From IMG/VR virus record IMGVR_UViG_3300048574_000391, positions 1 through 34,564 of that record: a stretch of 34,564 bases of DNA; one strand, written 5' to 3'. This document shows, in pieces, positions 1 to 7,764 of the stretch. The DNA is from a virus. Taxonomy: Duplodnaviria; Caudoviricetes. The translations under genes were made by a program, and so were the position numbers. The notes beneath the pieces are model-generated. The model was not told where the DNA came from. It did no database searches and worked only from the letters and a program-made list of their open reading frames with translations. Positions within the stretch are counted from its first letter, which is position 1, and every line of letters begins with the position of its first letter.

Positions 1-1209
1 ATGGCAGGCACCAAGCGCGAGCGCGCGCCCGGCGTGTGGGAGCTGCGCGTCCACCTCGGTCGCGGCACCGACGGCAAGCGGCACGACGTCTCGAGAACGT
101 TCCGCGGCAGCGACCGCGCGGCCGGCCGCGAGCTCGCGAAGCTCGTCGCCCAGGCCGACGAGCTCCGGGCCGAGCGGTTCGCTCCCCCAGCACCTCCCGG
201 CGAGATGACTGTCGGCGATCTGGCCGCTCGGTGGCTGCGCCTCCGAGCGTCGGAGTGGGCGCCGAAGACCGCGCAGGACAACGCGGGCACCGTCAGCCGC
301 TACATCGACCCCCACATGGGCGCTGTGAGCGTGGTGGCGCTGCGCCGAGCGCAGATCAGCGACTTCTACGCCGAGCTGCGAGCACGCGGCGGAGAGGGCG
401 GCGCACCGCTGTCTGCGGGGACGGTCGCGAAGGTGCACTCGGTGTTCCACGCGATGCTCGAGGACGCTGTGGAGCTCGAGCTGCTCGCCGGCAACCCAGC
501 GACCAAGGCCCGGCGTCCGCGCGGCGATCGTCCCGAGAGGTCGGTGCCGACCCTCGCTCAGATCGCGTACGCCCAGCAGGTGGCGCTCGCGCCGTCGGGC
601 GGCCGCAGGTCGCGCCCGGACCTCATGCTCGCCACGATCATCCGGGTGGCGATCGCCACCGGCGCCCGCCGCGGTGAGATCGCCGCGCTCCAGTGGGGCG
701 ACATCGGAGAGGTCGAAGCGCTCGAGCTCACCACGCTCGCCATCCGCCGCGCCGCGTACAAACTGCCGGGCGAACCGGTCGGCGTGAAGGGCACCAAGAC
801 CGGAGCGACCGCGGTACTCGCGATCGATCCCAGCACCGCCGCCGCGCTCGACGAGTGGCGCCGCGTCCAGCAGGTCACCGCGCTCGAGCTCGGCCGCGGC
901 CGGCTCAGCGCGACCGACTGGATCTTCCCCGCGCGCCGCGACTGGGACCGACCCGTCAGTCCGGACACGATCACGGGCCGGTGGCGCCTGGTCGCCGAGC
1001 GAGCAGGGCTGACCGGCGTCCGCTTCCACGACCTGCGCCACGCGACGGCGACGCACATGATCGCCGCGGGCATCGACCCGAAGACCGTCGCCGGCCGGCT
1101 CCGCCACAGCACCACCGCGATGACGCTCGACGTCTACACCGCGTGGCTCATCTCCGCCGACCGCGACGCCGCGCTGCTCTGGGGGCGCCTGCTCGACGAG
1201 GTCAGCTGA
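1..1209 (+). CDS. int: Tyrosine recombinase / phage integrase
   Basis: Catalytic residues in ARRGEI (R), KGTKT (K), FHDLRH (HxxR), LRHS (H), DVY (Y); N-terminal arm-binding-like region. Confidence 0.95.
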   Translation: MAGTKRERAPGVWELRVHLGRGTDGKRHDVSRTFRGSDRAAGRELAKLVAQADELRAERFAPPAPPGEMTVGDLAARWLRLRASEWAPKTAQDNAGTVSRYIDPHMGAVSVVALRRAQISDFYAELRARGGEGGAPLSAGTVAKVHSVFHAMLEDAVELELLAGNPATKARRPRGDRPERSVPTLAQIAYAQQVALAPSGGRRSRPDLMLATIIRVAIATGARRGEIAALQWGDIGEVEALELTTLAIRRAAYKLPGEPVGVKGTKTGATAVLAIDPSTAAALDEWRRVQQVTALELGRGRLSATDWIFPARRDWDRPVSPDTITGRWRLVAERAGLTGVRFHDLRHATATHMIAAGIDPKTVAGRLRHSTTAMTLDVYTAWLISADRDAALLWGRLLDEVS

Positions 1210-1417
1210 TCCGAGCTCGCAGTGATCGGAGGTAGACGAACGCGGCGAGAGCGAGCGCAGCGACCACGCCGACGATCCAGGCGCCGCCGGTGTCGTTCGC
1301 CACCGCGGCGACGGTCGCGAACGCGCACACGATGAACAGCGCAGCGCTGATCACCGACCACGCCGCAATCTGACGGCGCACCGATCGGAGCCGCTGCTCC
1401 GGTGTTGAACCAGCCAT
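1202..1417 (-). CDS. Small 2-TM membrane protein (71 aa), lysogeny moron / superinfection-exclusion candidate
   Basis: ATG at 1417 with GAGAGGAAGG RBS and TAGCCT -10 box (1444-1449, minus); two hydrophobic helices; convergent with int. Confidence 0.7.
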   Translation of the reverse strand: MAGSTPEQRLRSVRRQIAAWSVISAALFIVCAFATVAAVANDTGGAWIVGVVAALALAAFVYLRSLRARIS

Positions 1418-1510
1418 GTGGTTCCCCTTCCTCTCGGGAGTGCAGGCTACGGGCGAGTGCCGCCGAACCGGCGATTGCGCCGGCGAGGGCACCGCGCACG
1501 GTCGCCGGGC

Positions 1511-1744
1511 ATGGCTCGACACCACGACCCGACGGCCGAACGAATCTCGGTGGAAGGCACAACCAGAACAGGAGAGGCGGCAGAGGTCATCGACCTTGCT
1601 GCGCATAGACGGATCCGCCAGCTCGAGGCCGAGCTCGCCGCCGAACGTGAGGTGCTCGACGCAACGCTACTCACCGTTCGCCACGGCCTGGCTCTGATCG
1701 CCGACGCCGTCATCGCCGCGGCGGAGCACCCCCGCCCGTCGTAG
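1511..1744 (+). CDS. Small coiled-coil protein (77 aa) convergent with and overlapping the repressor 3' end
   Basis: CACGGT -10-like box 8 nt before ATG 1511; helical segment RIRQLEAELAAERE. Confidence 0.5.
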   Translation: MARHHDPTAERISVEGTTRTGEAAEVIDLAAHRRIRQLEAELAAEREVLDATLLTVRHGLALIADAVIAAAEHPRPS

Positions 1745-2212
1745 CCGCTCCTGCTCCTCGTCGCTCAGGCGCCGACCGATCGGAGCGGCGGCGAGCCGCT
1801 CCTCGAGCTCGTTCACCCGGTCGACCAGCGAGTTGACGATGCTCAGGGTGAGGGCCGTCACGTCGAGTGTCTCGATCGCCGCGGCGGCCCCGTCGTCGAG
1901 CGGTATCCCGTAGGCGATGCGGCGGCCGATGTCCTCGAGCTCGTCCTCGTCAGCTGACACGACCATCGACGAACCGAGCGAGCGAACGAGCGTGGTGCGG
2001 TCGACGCCGAGCGTGTCGGCGATCGCGAGCACGAGCGGCGCCGAACTCGGCGCGTACTCCCCTCGCTCCCACCCGCCGACTGCCGAGCCCGAGACGTCGA
2101 AGCCCATCTCGTCGAGATGGCCGGCGAGGGTCCGCTGGGACATGCGGCCGTTGCGGCGGGCGGTGCGTACGAGCTCGCCGAAGGCCTGGCGCTGCTCGGG
2201 TGTCGGGTTCAT
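1667..2212 (-). CDS. XRE-family HTH immunity repressor (CI-like), no S24 peptidase domain
   Basis: FGELVRTARRNGRMSQRTLA...VSGSAVGGWERGEYAP XRE motif; divergent from Cro-like gene near int. Confidence 0.9.
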   Translation of the reverse strand: MNPTPEQRQAFGELVRTARRNGRMSQRTLAGHLDEMGFDVSGSAVGGWERGEYAPSSAPLVLAIADTLGVDRTTLVRSLGSSMVVSADEDELEDIGRRIAYGIPLDDGAAAAIETLDVTALTLSIVNSLVDRVNELEERLAAAPIGRRLSDEEQERLRRAGVLRRGDDGVGDQSQAVANGE

Positions 2213-2219
2213 GGCGATG

Positions 2220-2225
2220 AAGGTG
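2220..2225 (-). promoter_or_regulatory. Putative -10 box (CACCTT) of leaderless repressor promoter
   Basis: CANNNT hexamer 7 nt upstream of ATG 2212; no SD sequence. Confidence 0.5.
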
Positions 2226-2237
2226 ACGAGCCCTGCA

Positions 2238-2252
2238 ACAAGAACATCTTGT
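2238..2252. promoter_or_regulatory. Operator 1 (ACAAGAACATCTTGT)
   Basis: Perfect 6-bp-arm inverted repeat; matches RCAAG-N5-CTTGY; over expected -35 region of repressor promoter. Confidence 0.75.
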
Positions 2253-2318
2253 GAGTGTAGTTACACGCTTGGGGTTCGAGCCCGGCCGCTTGTGACCGAC
2301 TTCACAGCCACAGATTTA

Positions 2319-2333
2319 ACAAGTTGCACTTGC
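2319..2333. promoter_or_regulatory. Operator 2 (ACAAGTTGCACTTGC)
   Basis: Matches RCAAG-N5-CTTGY; overlaps -35 of rightward promoter. Confidence 0.75.
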
Positions 2334-2358
2334 CATTTCGTGACAGATCCGGCAAGGT
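2330..2358 (+). promoter_or_regulatory. Early lytic promoter TTGCCA-N17-CAAGGT (leaderless cro transcript)
   Basis: -35 at 2330-2335, -10 at 2353-2358, GTG start 6 nt downstream. Confidence 0.65.
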
Positions 2359-2366
2359 GCACTTGT
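2352..2366. promoter_or_regulatory. Operator 3 (GCAAGGTGCACTTGT)
   Basis: Matches RCAAG-N5-CTTGY; overlaps -10 box and cro start codon. Confidence 0.75.
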
Positions 2367-2628
2367 GACCACTTCAGGCACCGACCCGAACGTGCTCTAC
2401 CGGGAGCGCTGCGCCGAGAACCTCGGTGACCAGATGGATCTCCACGGGCTGTCCCGCAAGGACCTCCGCCTGGAGCTCGCGGACCGTGGCATCGCGGTCA
2501 CCGAGCAGGCCATCGGCACGTGGCTCCGCGCAGAGTGCGCCCCCCGCCCACACGTGCAGGCTGCGCTCGCGTCGATCCTCCGGACCCGCGTGCACATCCT
2601 GTTCCCGATCGAGCAGGTCGCGGCGTGA
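2365..2628 (+). CDS. Cro-like XRE HTH regulator
   Basis: LSRKDL...VTEQAIGTWLRAECAPRP...LASIL...LFP; divergent from repressor. Confidence 0.85.
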   Translation: MTTSGTDPNVLYRERCAENLGDQMDLHGLSRKDLRLELADRGIAVTEQAIGTWLRAECAPRPHVQAALASILRTRVHILFPIEQVAA

Positions 2629-2978
2629 GCGGCGATCGAGGGCGGCCGCTCGAGACGCTGGTGCTCGACCTGGTCGACGTGGAGCGCGGCTACCGCGACG
2701 AGCTCGCCGCGATTCACGCTCGACTCGACCAGATCGAGGGGCGCACGGGGTTCCTGTCCATCTCGGAGTTCGCCGAGCGCGCTGACTGCGCGCCGAACAC
2801 GGTGCGGTCCGCGATCGAGAACGACCTGATCCGGGTGGTCGTGCTCGGCCCGCGGACGATGGTCATCCCCGAGAGCGAGCTGACCGGCCGGTACCTGTCC
2901 GAGTACGACACCCGCCCGCGGCTCCGGCTCGTGCCGGCATCGGGGCACGAGCAGGGACCCGCTCCGCCCGCCGCCTGA
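2625..2978 (+). CDS. Excisionase-like HTH (HTH_17/MerR-type) protein with N-terminal coiled coil
   Basis: GTGA overlap with cro; FLSISEFAERADCAPNTVRSAIENDLIRVVVLGPRTMVIPESEL. Confidence 0.75.
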   Translation: MSGDRGRPLETLVLDLVDVERGYRDELAAIHARLDQIEGRTGFLSISEFAERADCAPNTVRSAIENDLIRVVVLGPRTMVIPESELTGRYLSEYDTRPRLRLVPASGHEQGPAPPAA

Positions 2979-3028
2979 TGCCGCGCGTGTTCGACGTCGC
3001 TGGTGCCCGGGTCCACCGCCCGCACCAT

Positions 3029-3189
3029 CCCACCCTTCCTCTCCCAGGGAGGTGGGCCGGGGCTCCAGCGCCGTCGAGCGCACACGTTCCCCGCTGGCCG
3101 GCGTGATGGGGCCCGGCCAGCGGACCCGCCCGAAGAACAGAACCGGCCCCCACCCCCCGAAGTCTTGGCAGGCGTCGGAGGTGGAGGCC
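3029..3189 (+). other. Tandem GC-rich hairpins (3029-3056, 3091-3123, 3145-3189) in early-operon intergenic region
   Basis: CCCACC/GGTGGG stem; perfect 11-bp CCGCTGGCCGG/CCGGCCAGCGG stem; long imperfect stem with TGGC loop just before GAGAGGAA RBS. Confidence 0.55.
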
Positions 3190-3208
3190 AGGACGAGAGG
3201 AAACCTAC

Positions 3209-3820
3209 ATGCCCACCACCGACATCATCGAGGAGCAGCGGTCACCGGCGTTCGTGCTGGGCCAGATCGGCAACGCGCTCTCGGACCGCTCGATCGCTGT
3301 GCACGGCCGCCCCGATGTGGCCGAGCTCCGCGGCCTGGTCGACGAGCTCGCCGCGGCGCTCGGTCTCCAGGCCAACCACTGGCCCACGGGTGACTTCCAC
3401 ACGTCGCGGGATCACCGCGAGCTCGTCGCGGTCGGTGTCGACCCGACGACCGTGCAGCCCCGTGACCAGGGGACGGCGTGCCGGGTGTGCCGCGCGGAGA
3501 CGTGGCACGTCGCGGCGTGCTGCGATGCGCACTACGAGCCGCCCGCCGCGGTCAGCCGAGCGGTGTTCAACGCCGGCCACCTCTACCTGATCAAGATCGA
3601 CCGGGTCGGCGCACTCGACAACGCCGGCGAGATCGAGTTCGCCGCTCGCACGATCGACGACGCGTGCCAGGAGATCCGCCACTGCGTGTATCGCAATTGG
3701 GGCTCTCGGCACGTCACGGTGCGCATGCATGACGACGGGACGTGGACCCTCCACGACGACGCCGGTGGCGGCGGCGGCACGTGGAGCCGCACGGCGATCG
3801 ACCCGGCGGAGGTCGCGTGA
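3209..3820 (+). CDS. Hypothetical protein with Cys cluster (CRVC...CC..H)
   Basis: RBS GAGAGGAA; high GC3; TGATG coupling to next gene. Confidence 0.75.
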   Translation: MPTTDIIEEQRSPAFVLGQIGNALSDRSIAVHGRPDVAELRGLVDELAAALGLQANHWPTGDFHTSRDHRELVAVGVDPTTVQPRDQGTACRVCRAETWHVAACCDAHYEPPAAVSRAVFNAGHLYLIKIDRVGALDNAGEIEFAARTIDDACQEIRHCVYRNWGSRHVTVRMHDDGTWTLHDDAGGGGGTWSRTAIDPAEVA

Positions 3821-4113
3821 TGCTCGAGCACCTGGTCGCGTTCATCTGCGGGCTCGCCGAGCACACCCTCACGTGGGGCGAGCCTCAGGTCTACGAGCCT
3901 CTCCGCGGCGACAGATCGATCAGGATCTCCGCCCACTGCTACGACCCGCAGCGGAGGCTGTGCGTCGCCCCGCACGCGTCGGTGATGGTCTTCGACGAAC
4001 CGAACCACCTCTGTTGGTACTTCGCCGTCCAGTTCGATGACGGCGACCGCATCGTCAACCCGCTCTACCGGCTCCAGGACCCTGCCGGGTGGCGCTGTCT
4101 GGAGGCGGTGTGA
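3820..4113 (+). CDS. Hypothetical protein (97 aa)
   Basis: TGATG overlap, GGAGG RBS. Confidence 0.7.
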   Translation: MLEHLVAFICGLAEHTLTWGEPQVYEPLRGDRSIRISAHCYDPQRRLCVAPHASVMVFDEPNHLCWYFAVQFDDGDRIVNPLYRLQDPAGWRCLEAV

Positions 4114-4370
4114 GGTGGCTGCACCGGCGCCGGCTGCGCCGCGACTTCGTGCGCTCCGTCGACCGCAACGGCGGCGCCCGGATCCAGGTCCTTCCGTCGT
4201 CGAGCACCGACGCCGCCGTCGTGTCGGACCGGGTGTCCGGGCTCGAGGCGCGGGTGCTCGAGCTCGAGCAGTTCCTCGCCGCGGAGTCGTGGCCGGAACC
4301 GGCGCGCACGCGCATCGCTGCCGCGCGGTTCGCGCGTGCTGGTGACCCGGACCCTCGGAGGGTGTCATGA
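4110..4370 (+). CDS. Hypothetical protein (86 aa, short coiled coil)
   Basis: GTGA overlap, GGAGG RBS. Confidence 0.65.
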   Translation: MRWLHRRRLRRDFVRSVDRNGGARIQVLPSSSTDAAVVSDRVSGLEARVLELEQFLAAESWPEPARTRIAAARFARAGDPDPRRVS

Positions 4371-4561
4371 CGTTCGGCCAGTACGCCGCGTCGATGATGC
4401 TCGCCTCGATCGGGGGCGCGGTCGTGAACGACTGGCTCTTCGCCCGGCCCGCGCGTCGCCGTGCGACCGCGGCGGAGGAGCGGCGTGACGAGCTCCAGCA
4501 CGTCGTCGCCCAGCACGAGGCCGACACCGCGGTGCGCACGACCCGGAAGGCGGACCGATGA
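4367..4561 (+). CDS. Small single-TM hypothetical protein
   Basis: ATGA overlap, GGAGG RBS, N-terminal hydrophobic helix. Confidence 0.65.
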   Translation: MTFGQYAASMMLASIGGAVVNDWLFARPARRRATAAEERRDELQHVVAQHEADTAVRTTRKADR

Positions 4562-4920
4562 GGTGCGCAGAGCTCGCCGAGCGGCTCGGCATGCCGATGC
4601 ACCGGGTCACCGCGTACACGCGCCGCTGGCTCGACGTGCTGCCCGATGACCGCGGCTCCATCACAGGTCCTGGTCGTCCGCGGTCCTACTCCGACGTCGA
4701 CGCCGTGGTCTTCGCGATGTGCATGGACACGATGAGCGTCGCCGGCGGCGGCCGCTCCTGCGCAGCGGCGACGCTGCGCATCGAGTTCGCCCGACAGATC
4801 CGCGAACTGCACGCCGAGCGCGCCCACGGGTCGGTCCTCGCGTACGTCGGCGCGCTGACCATCACCTACCTGCCGCGCTGGGACCTGCTCGATGACTGCG
4901 CAGATCGGGCGGCGGCATGA
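4558..4920 (+). CDS. MerR-like HTH DNA-binding protein
   Basis: MRCAELAERLGMP...GPGRPRSYSDVD resembles MerR HTH plus wing; ATGA overlap. Confidence 0.65.
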   Translation: MRCAELAERLGMPMHRVTAYTRRWLDVLPDDRGSITGPGRPRSYSDVDAVVFAMCMDTMSVAGGGRSCAAATLRIEFARQIRELHAERAHGSVLAYVGALTITYLPRWDLLDDCADRAAA

Positions 4921-5297
4921 GTCTCGGTGGCCGCAAGCCGATCACGAGGCCGCGCTCGAGCTGGCGCGAGGTGACGGAGGAGATCCAGCCGGCGACCGGG
5001 CTCGACCTACCCAGCATGGTCGACCCGCACATGTGGGTCCGGCCGGTGAGCGACGGCGTGCTCCGGGCGTTGCGCACGGTCGACAACGGGCTGCTCCACC
5101 TCTCGGTGTCGTGGCAGCCGCACGGCCCCCGGCAGGCGCTCCGCTACCCGACGTGGGACGAGCTCGCGGACGCCCGCGACGCGCTGCTGCCGGCGGAGCT
5201 CGAATTCCACATGATCCTGCCGCGGGCGTCGGAGTACGTCGCGGTGCACGACACGACCTTCCACCTCCACGAGTTCCCGACCGAGGTGGCCGCGTGA
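4917..5297 (+). CDS. Conserved phage hypothetical protein (DUF7694-like)
   Basis: HLSVS...RYPTWDEL...ILP...EYV.VH...FHL motif, recognised from memory. Confidence 0.65.
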   Translation: MSLGGRKPITRPRSSWREVTEEIQPATGLDLPSMVDPHMWVRPVSDGVLRALRTVDNGLLHLSVSWQPHGPRQALRYPTWDELADARDALLPAELEFHMILPRASEYVAVHDTTFHLHEFPTEVAA

Positions 5298-5485
5298 CGA
5301 TGACGACCCGCCCCCGCCGCCGCGACCGTGACCCGCTCGAGGAGTGGGCCCGCGCTGAGCGCGCCGCTGCGCGGCTCGCCACGGTGAAGCTCGGCGGGGT
5401 CGTCCTCCTGATCGTGGTGGCGTCATGCTCGATCGTCGCGACCGCAGGCGTCGCGTGCGTGTCGATGCTCCGGAGCGTCGGGTGA
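5294..5485 (+). CDS. Small membrane protein (63 aa)
   Basis: GTGA overlap, GAGG RBS; C-terminal hydrophobic stretch. Confidence 0.65.
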   Translation: MTMTTRPRRRDRDPLEEWARAERAAARLATVKLGGVVLLIVVASCSIVATAGVACVSMLRSVG

Positions 5486-5820
5486 CCGGCCAGCCGCGGC
5501 TCTTCGCCGTCGCCGAACCGTTGCCCGCGCCGGAGCCACTGTCCGACACGGCCCGCCGGACCCGGCGCAACGCCGAGCTCATCGCCCGCGGCGTGCACCC
5601 CGCGACCCACCGGCGGATCCGCCCGGGCGGGCTCACGTGCCGCGACTGCGCACACAGCTCGCTCACCAGCCCCCTCGCCTACGGGACACCGCGCCGGTTC
5701 TGGAAGTGCGCGGTGCACCGGCTCGGCCAGTCCCATTCCGCCGCGTCCGACATCCGCGTGTCGTGGCCCGCGTGCGAGCTCTTCACCACCAACCCATCAG
5801 AGGAGGCCACGAGTGGCTGA
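5482..5820 (+). CDS. Cys-rich putative zinc-binding protein (112 aa)
   Basis: GVHP...CRDCAH...KC...DIRVSWPAC; GTGA overlap. Confidence 0.7.
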   Translation: MTGQPRLFAVAEPLPAPEPLSDTARRTRRNAELIARGVHPATHRRIRPGGLTCRDCAHSSLTSPLAYGTPRRFWKCAVHRLGQSHSAASDIRVSWPACELFTTNPSEEATSG

Positions 5821-6232
5821 CGGACTCACCCAGTTCTCGGACTGGATCAAGGCCCAAGACCGCGGCACCACCGACGACGAGATGACCGCCGCGATCGCGG
5901 CGACCGTCGAGACAGTCGTGCGGCTCGGCCAGAAGGGCAAGGTCACCCTCGAGGTGCAGATCGCCCCGGCCGGCAAGGACAACACCCGCAACGTGCTCGT
6001 CGGCACCCGCGTCATCGCGAAGCCACCGGAGCCGGGCCCGGCGCTCTCGATCTACTTCCCCGACCGCCAAGGCGGACTCCACCGCGACGACCCCTACGCC
6101 CCGCCGATGGTCGCCCGCGACATGGCCACAGGCCGCGAAGAGGCCCGCGACTTCACCGTGCCGACGGTGCCGCTGCCCCGCGACGTCGACACCGATCCCG
6201 ACAACACCACCACCGAGGAGCCCAGCCAGTGA
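5813..6232 (+). CDS. YfdP-like protein, usual partner of DUF2303
   Basis: KGKVTLEVQIAP...KPP...YF...GGLHRDDP; directly upstream of DUF2303 gene. Confidence 0.7.
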   Translation: MADGLTQFSDWIKAQDRGTTDDEMTAAIAATVETVVRLGQKGKVTLEVQIAPAGKDNTRNVLVGTRVIAKPPEPGPALSIYFPDRQGGLHRDDPYAPPMVARDMATGREEARDFTVPTVPLPRDVDTDPDNTTTEEPSQ

Positions 6233-7146
6233 CCGTCCCCAACGAACTCGACACCGAATCGACCGCCCTCGAGGTGGCATCGATCGCCGGCCAGCTGGCC
6301 ACCCCTGCGGTGGTCCAAGAGGTGCCCCAGCCGCAACGGATCATCACCCCGTCGGTTGAGCTGCTCACCGATGACGGCGTGCCGGCAGTGGTCGTCGACG
6401 CGCTTCCGCCGGGCTGGTCGCACCACCCGGTTGACCTCCAGCGCCTCGCTCACGAGCTGCTCGAGCGGCCCCGCCGGCATAGCGGCACGCTCGAGGTGGA
6501 GAACACCGACTCGTTCATCGACGCGGTGAAGGCCCGCCAGCTCGGCGACGACCCGATCGAGCTCCACGCCTCAGAGCGCGGCCTGCGAATCCGAGCGGTG
6601 CTCAACCCGCCCCACGGCGACACCACCGGCCACGCCGACTACGGCGTCGTGTGCGCTGTGGAGCGCACCCCGGAGTGGGACGCGTGGCGCAGCGGATCCG
6701 GCAAGCTCGTCCCCCAGGCGGTGTTCGCCGAGTTCATCGAGGACCACCTCAACGAGATCACCGACCCGCCCGCGGCGGAGCTCCTCGAGCTGGCCCAGAC
6801 GTTCAGCGCCCAGCGCTCCCTGCGGTTCAAGCGCGCCACGACCCTCGCGTCCGGCTCGACGTCGCTGATCTTCGACGAGGACGAGCAGGCCAGCGCCGGC
6901 AAGACCGGCCAGCTGGAGATCCCCGAGCGGTTCACCATCGCAGTGCGTGTCTTCCGCGGCGGCGAGCTCATCTCGACCACCGCCCGCCTCCGCTACCGCA
7001 TCGGCTCCGGCGACCACGCCGGCGAGCTGTTCCTCGGATGGCGCCTCGATCAGCCCGACGACGTCGAGCGAACCCTCTTCGGTGAGCTCGTCGAGTCCGT
7101 CGGCGAAGCGCTCGAGACCGTCGTGCTGCGCGTCCCGAGCATCTGA
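6229..7146 (+). CDS. DUF2303 (YfdQ) family protein
   Basis: TPEWDAW...QAVFAEFIEDH...PPAAELLELAQTF...IPERFTIAVRVFRGG...ARLRYRI. Confidence 0.85.
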   Translation: MTVPNELDTESTALEVASIAGQLATPAVVQEVPQPQRIITPSVELLTDDGVPAVVVDALPPGWSHHPVDLQRLAHELLERPRRHSGTLEVENTDSFIDAVKARQLGDDPIELHASERGLRIRAVLNPPHGDTTGHADYGVVCAVERTPEWDAWRSGSGKLVPQAVFAEFIEDHLNEITDPPAAELLELAQTFSAQRSLRFKRATTLASGSTSLIFDEDEQASAGKTGQLEIPERFTIAVRVFRGGELISTTARLRYRIGSGDHAGELFLGWRLDQPDDVERTLFGELVESVGEALETVVLRVPSI

Positions 7147-7156
7147 CCACCACCCG

Positions 7157-7192
7157 GACCCCGGGCTGCGTCCACCCGCGCGGCCCGGGGTC
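7157..7192 (+). terminator. 14-bp GC stem-loop (terminator or mRNA-stabilising hairpin)
   Basis: GACCCCGGGCTGCG / CGCGGCCCGGGGTC with one G-U pair; no U-tract. Confidence 0.55.
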
Positions 7193-7224
7193 ACCGCCCC
7201 ATCGAACGAGAGGAACCCATCGCC

Positions 7225-7764
7225 ATGCCCGATCTTCCGCCGCTCCCGCTCGGCGCCGACTTCACCACCGACGACTGGACGGCGTTCCTCGCCGAGAGCC
7301 CGATCAACCTTGCGGTCGCCTGGTTCTTCGCCGCATGCGCGAACCCATCCGACGAGGTGGTCGAGGCGTCGACGTCGACGTTCGAGGCGCTGGACGCCGA
7401 CGACACCTTGCCGTACCTGGTCCAGCTGATCACCACGTCCGGGGCGATGATCCACACGATGACGGCGCACAACCCAGCGCCGATCGGCATGCTGTTGGCC
7501 GACAGGGACGGCAACGTCCTCAACGTCGACGAACTCGCCCGCAACGATCGCAGTGGCGCGGCAGCCGTCGCGGCGGTCCGCGCGGTGACCGCCGCAGCGA
7601 ACCGGATCGGTGGCGACGAGACCGCCACCCCCTTCGACTTCATCCCCCGCGACCCCGACGCCGAGACGATCGCCGAGTTCTCCACCGCGGTGTTCCAGGT
7701 CGCCGGCTCCACCGCGGCAGCGTTCGGCCGGTGGAACGCGGCCAGGGTCGCGCGGGCCAACTGA
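7225..7764 (+). CDS. Hypothetical acidic protein (179 aa)
   Basis: GAGAGGAA RBS; coding-like GC3. Confidence 0.7.
   Translation: MPDLPPLPLGADFTTDDWTAFLAESPINLAVAWFFAACANPSDEVVEASTSTFEALDADDTLPYLVQLITTSGAMIHTMTAHNPAPIGMLLADRDGNVLNVDELARNDRSGAAAVAAVRAVTAAANRIGGDETATPFDFIPRDPDAETIAEFSTAVFQVAGSTAAAFGRWNAARVARAN

Noticed and set aside
1667-1760. Integration-dependent immunity (attP within repressor 3' end)
   Set aside because: Repressor ends ANGE without an ssrA-like tag, is internal to the element, and no att core is evident
2261-2995. GTTCGA half-sites (2274, 2989) as LexA/SOS boxes
   Set aside because: No GAAC half-site at the required 4-nt spacing
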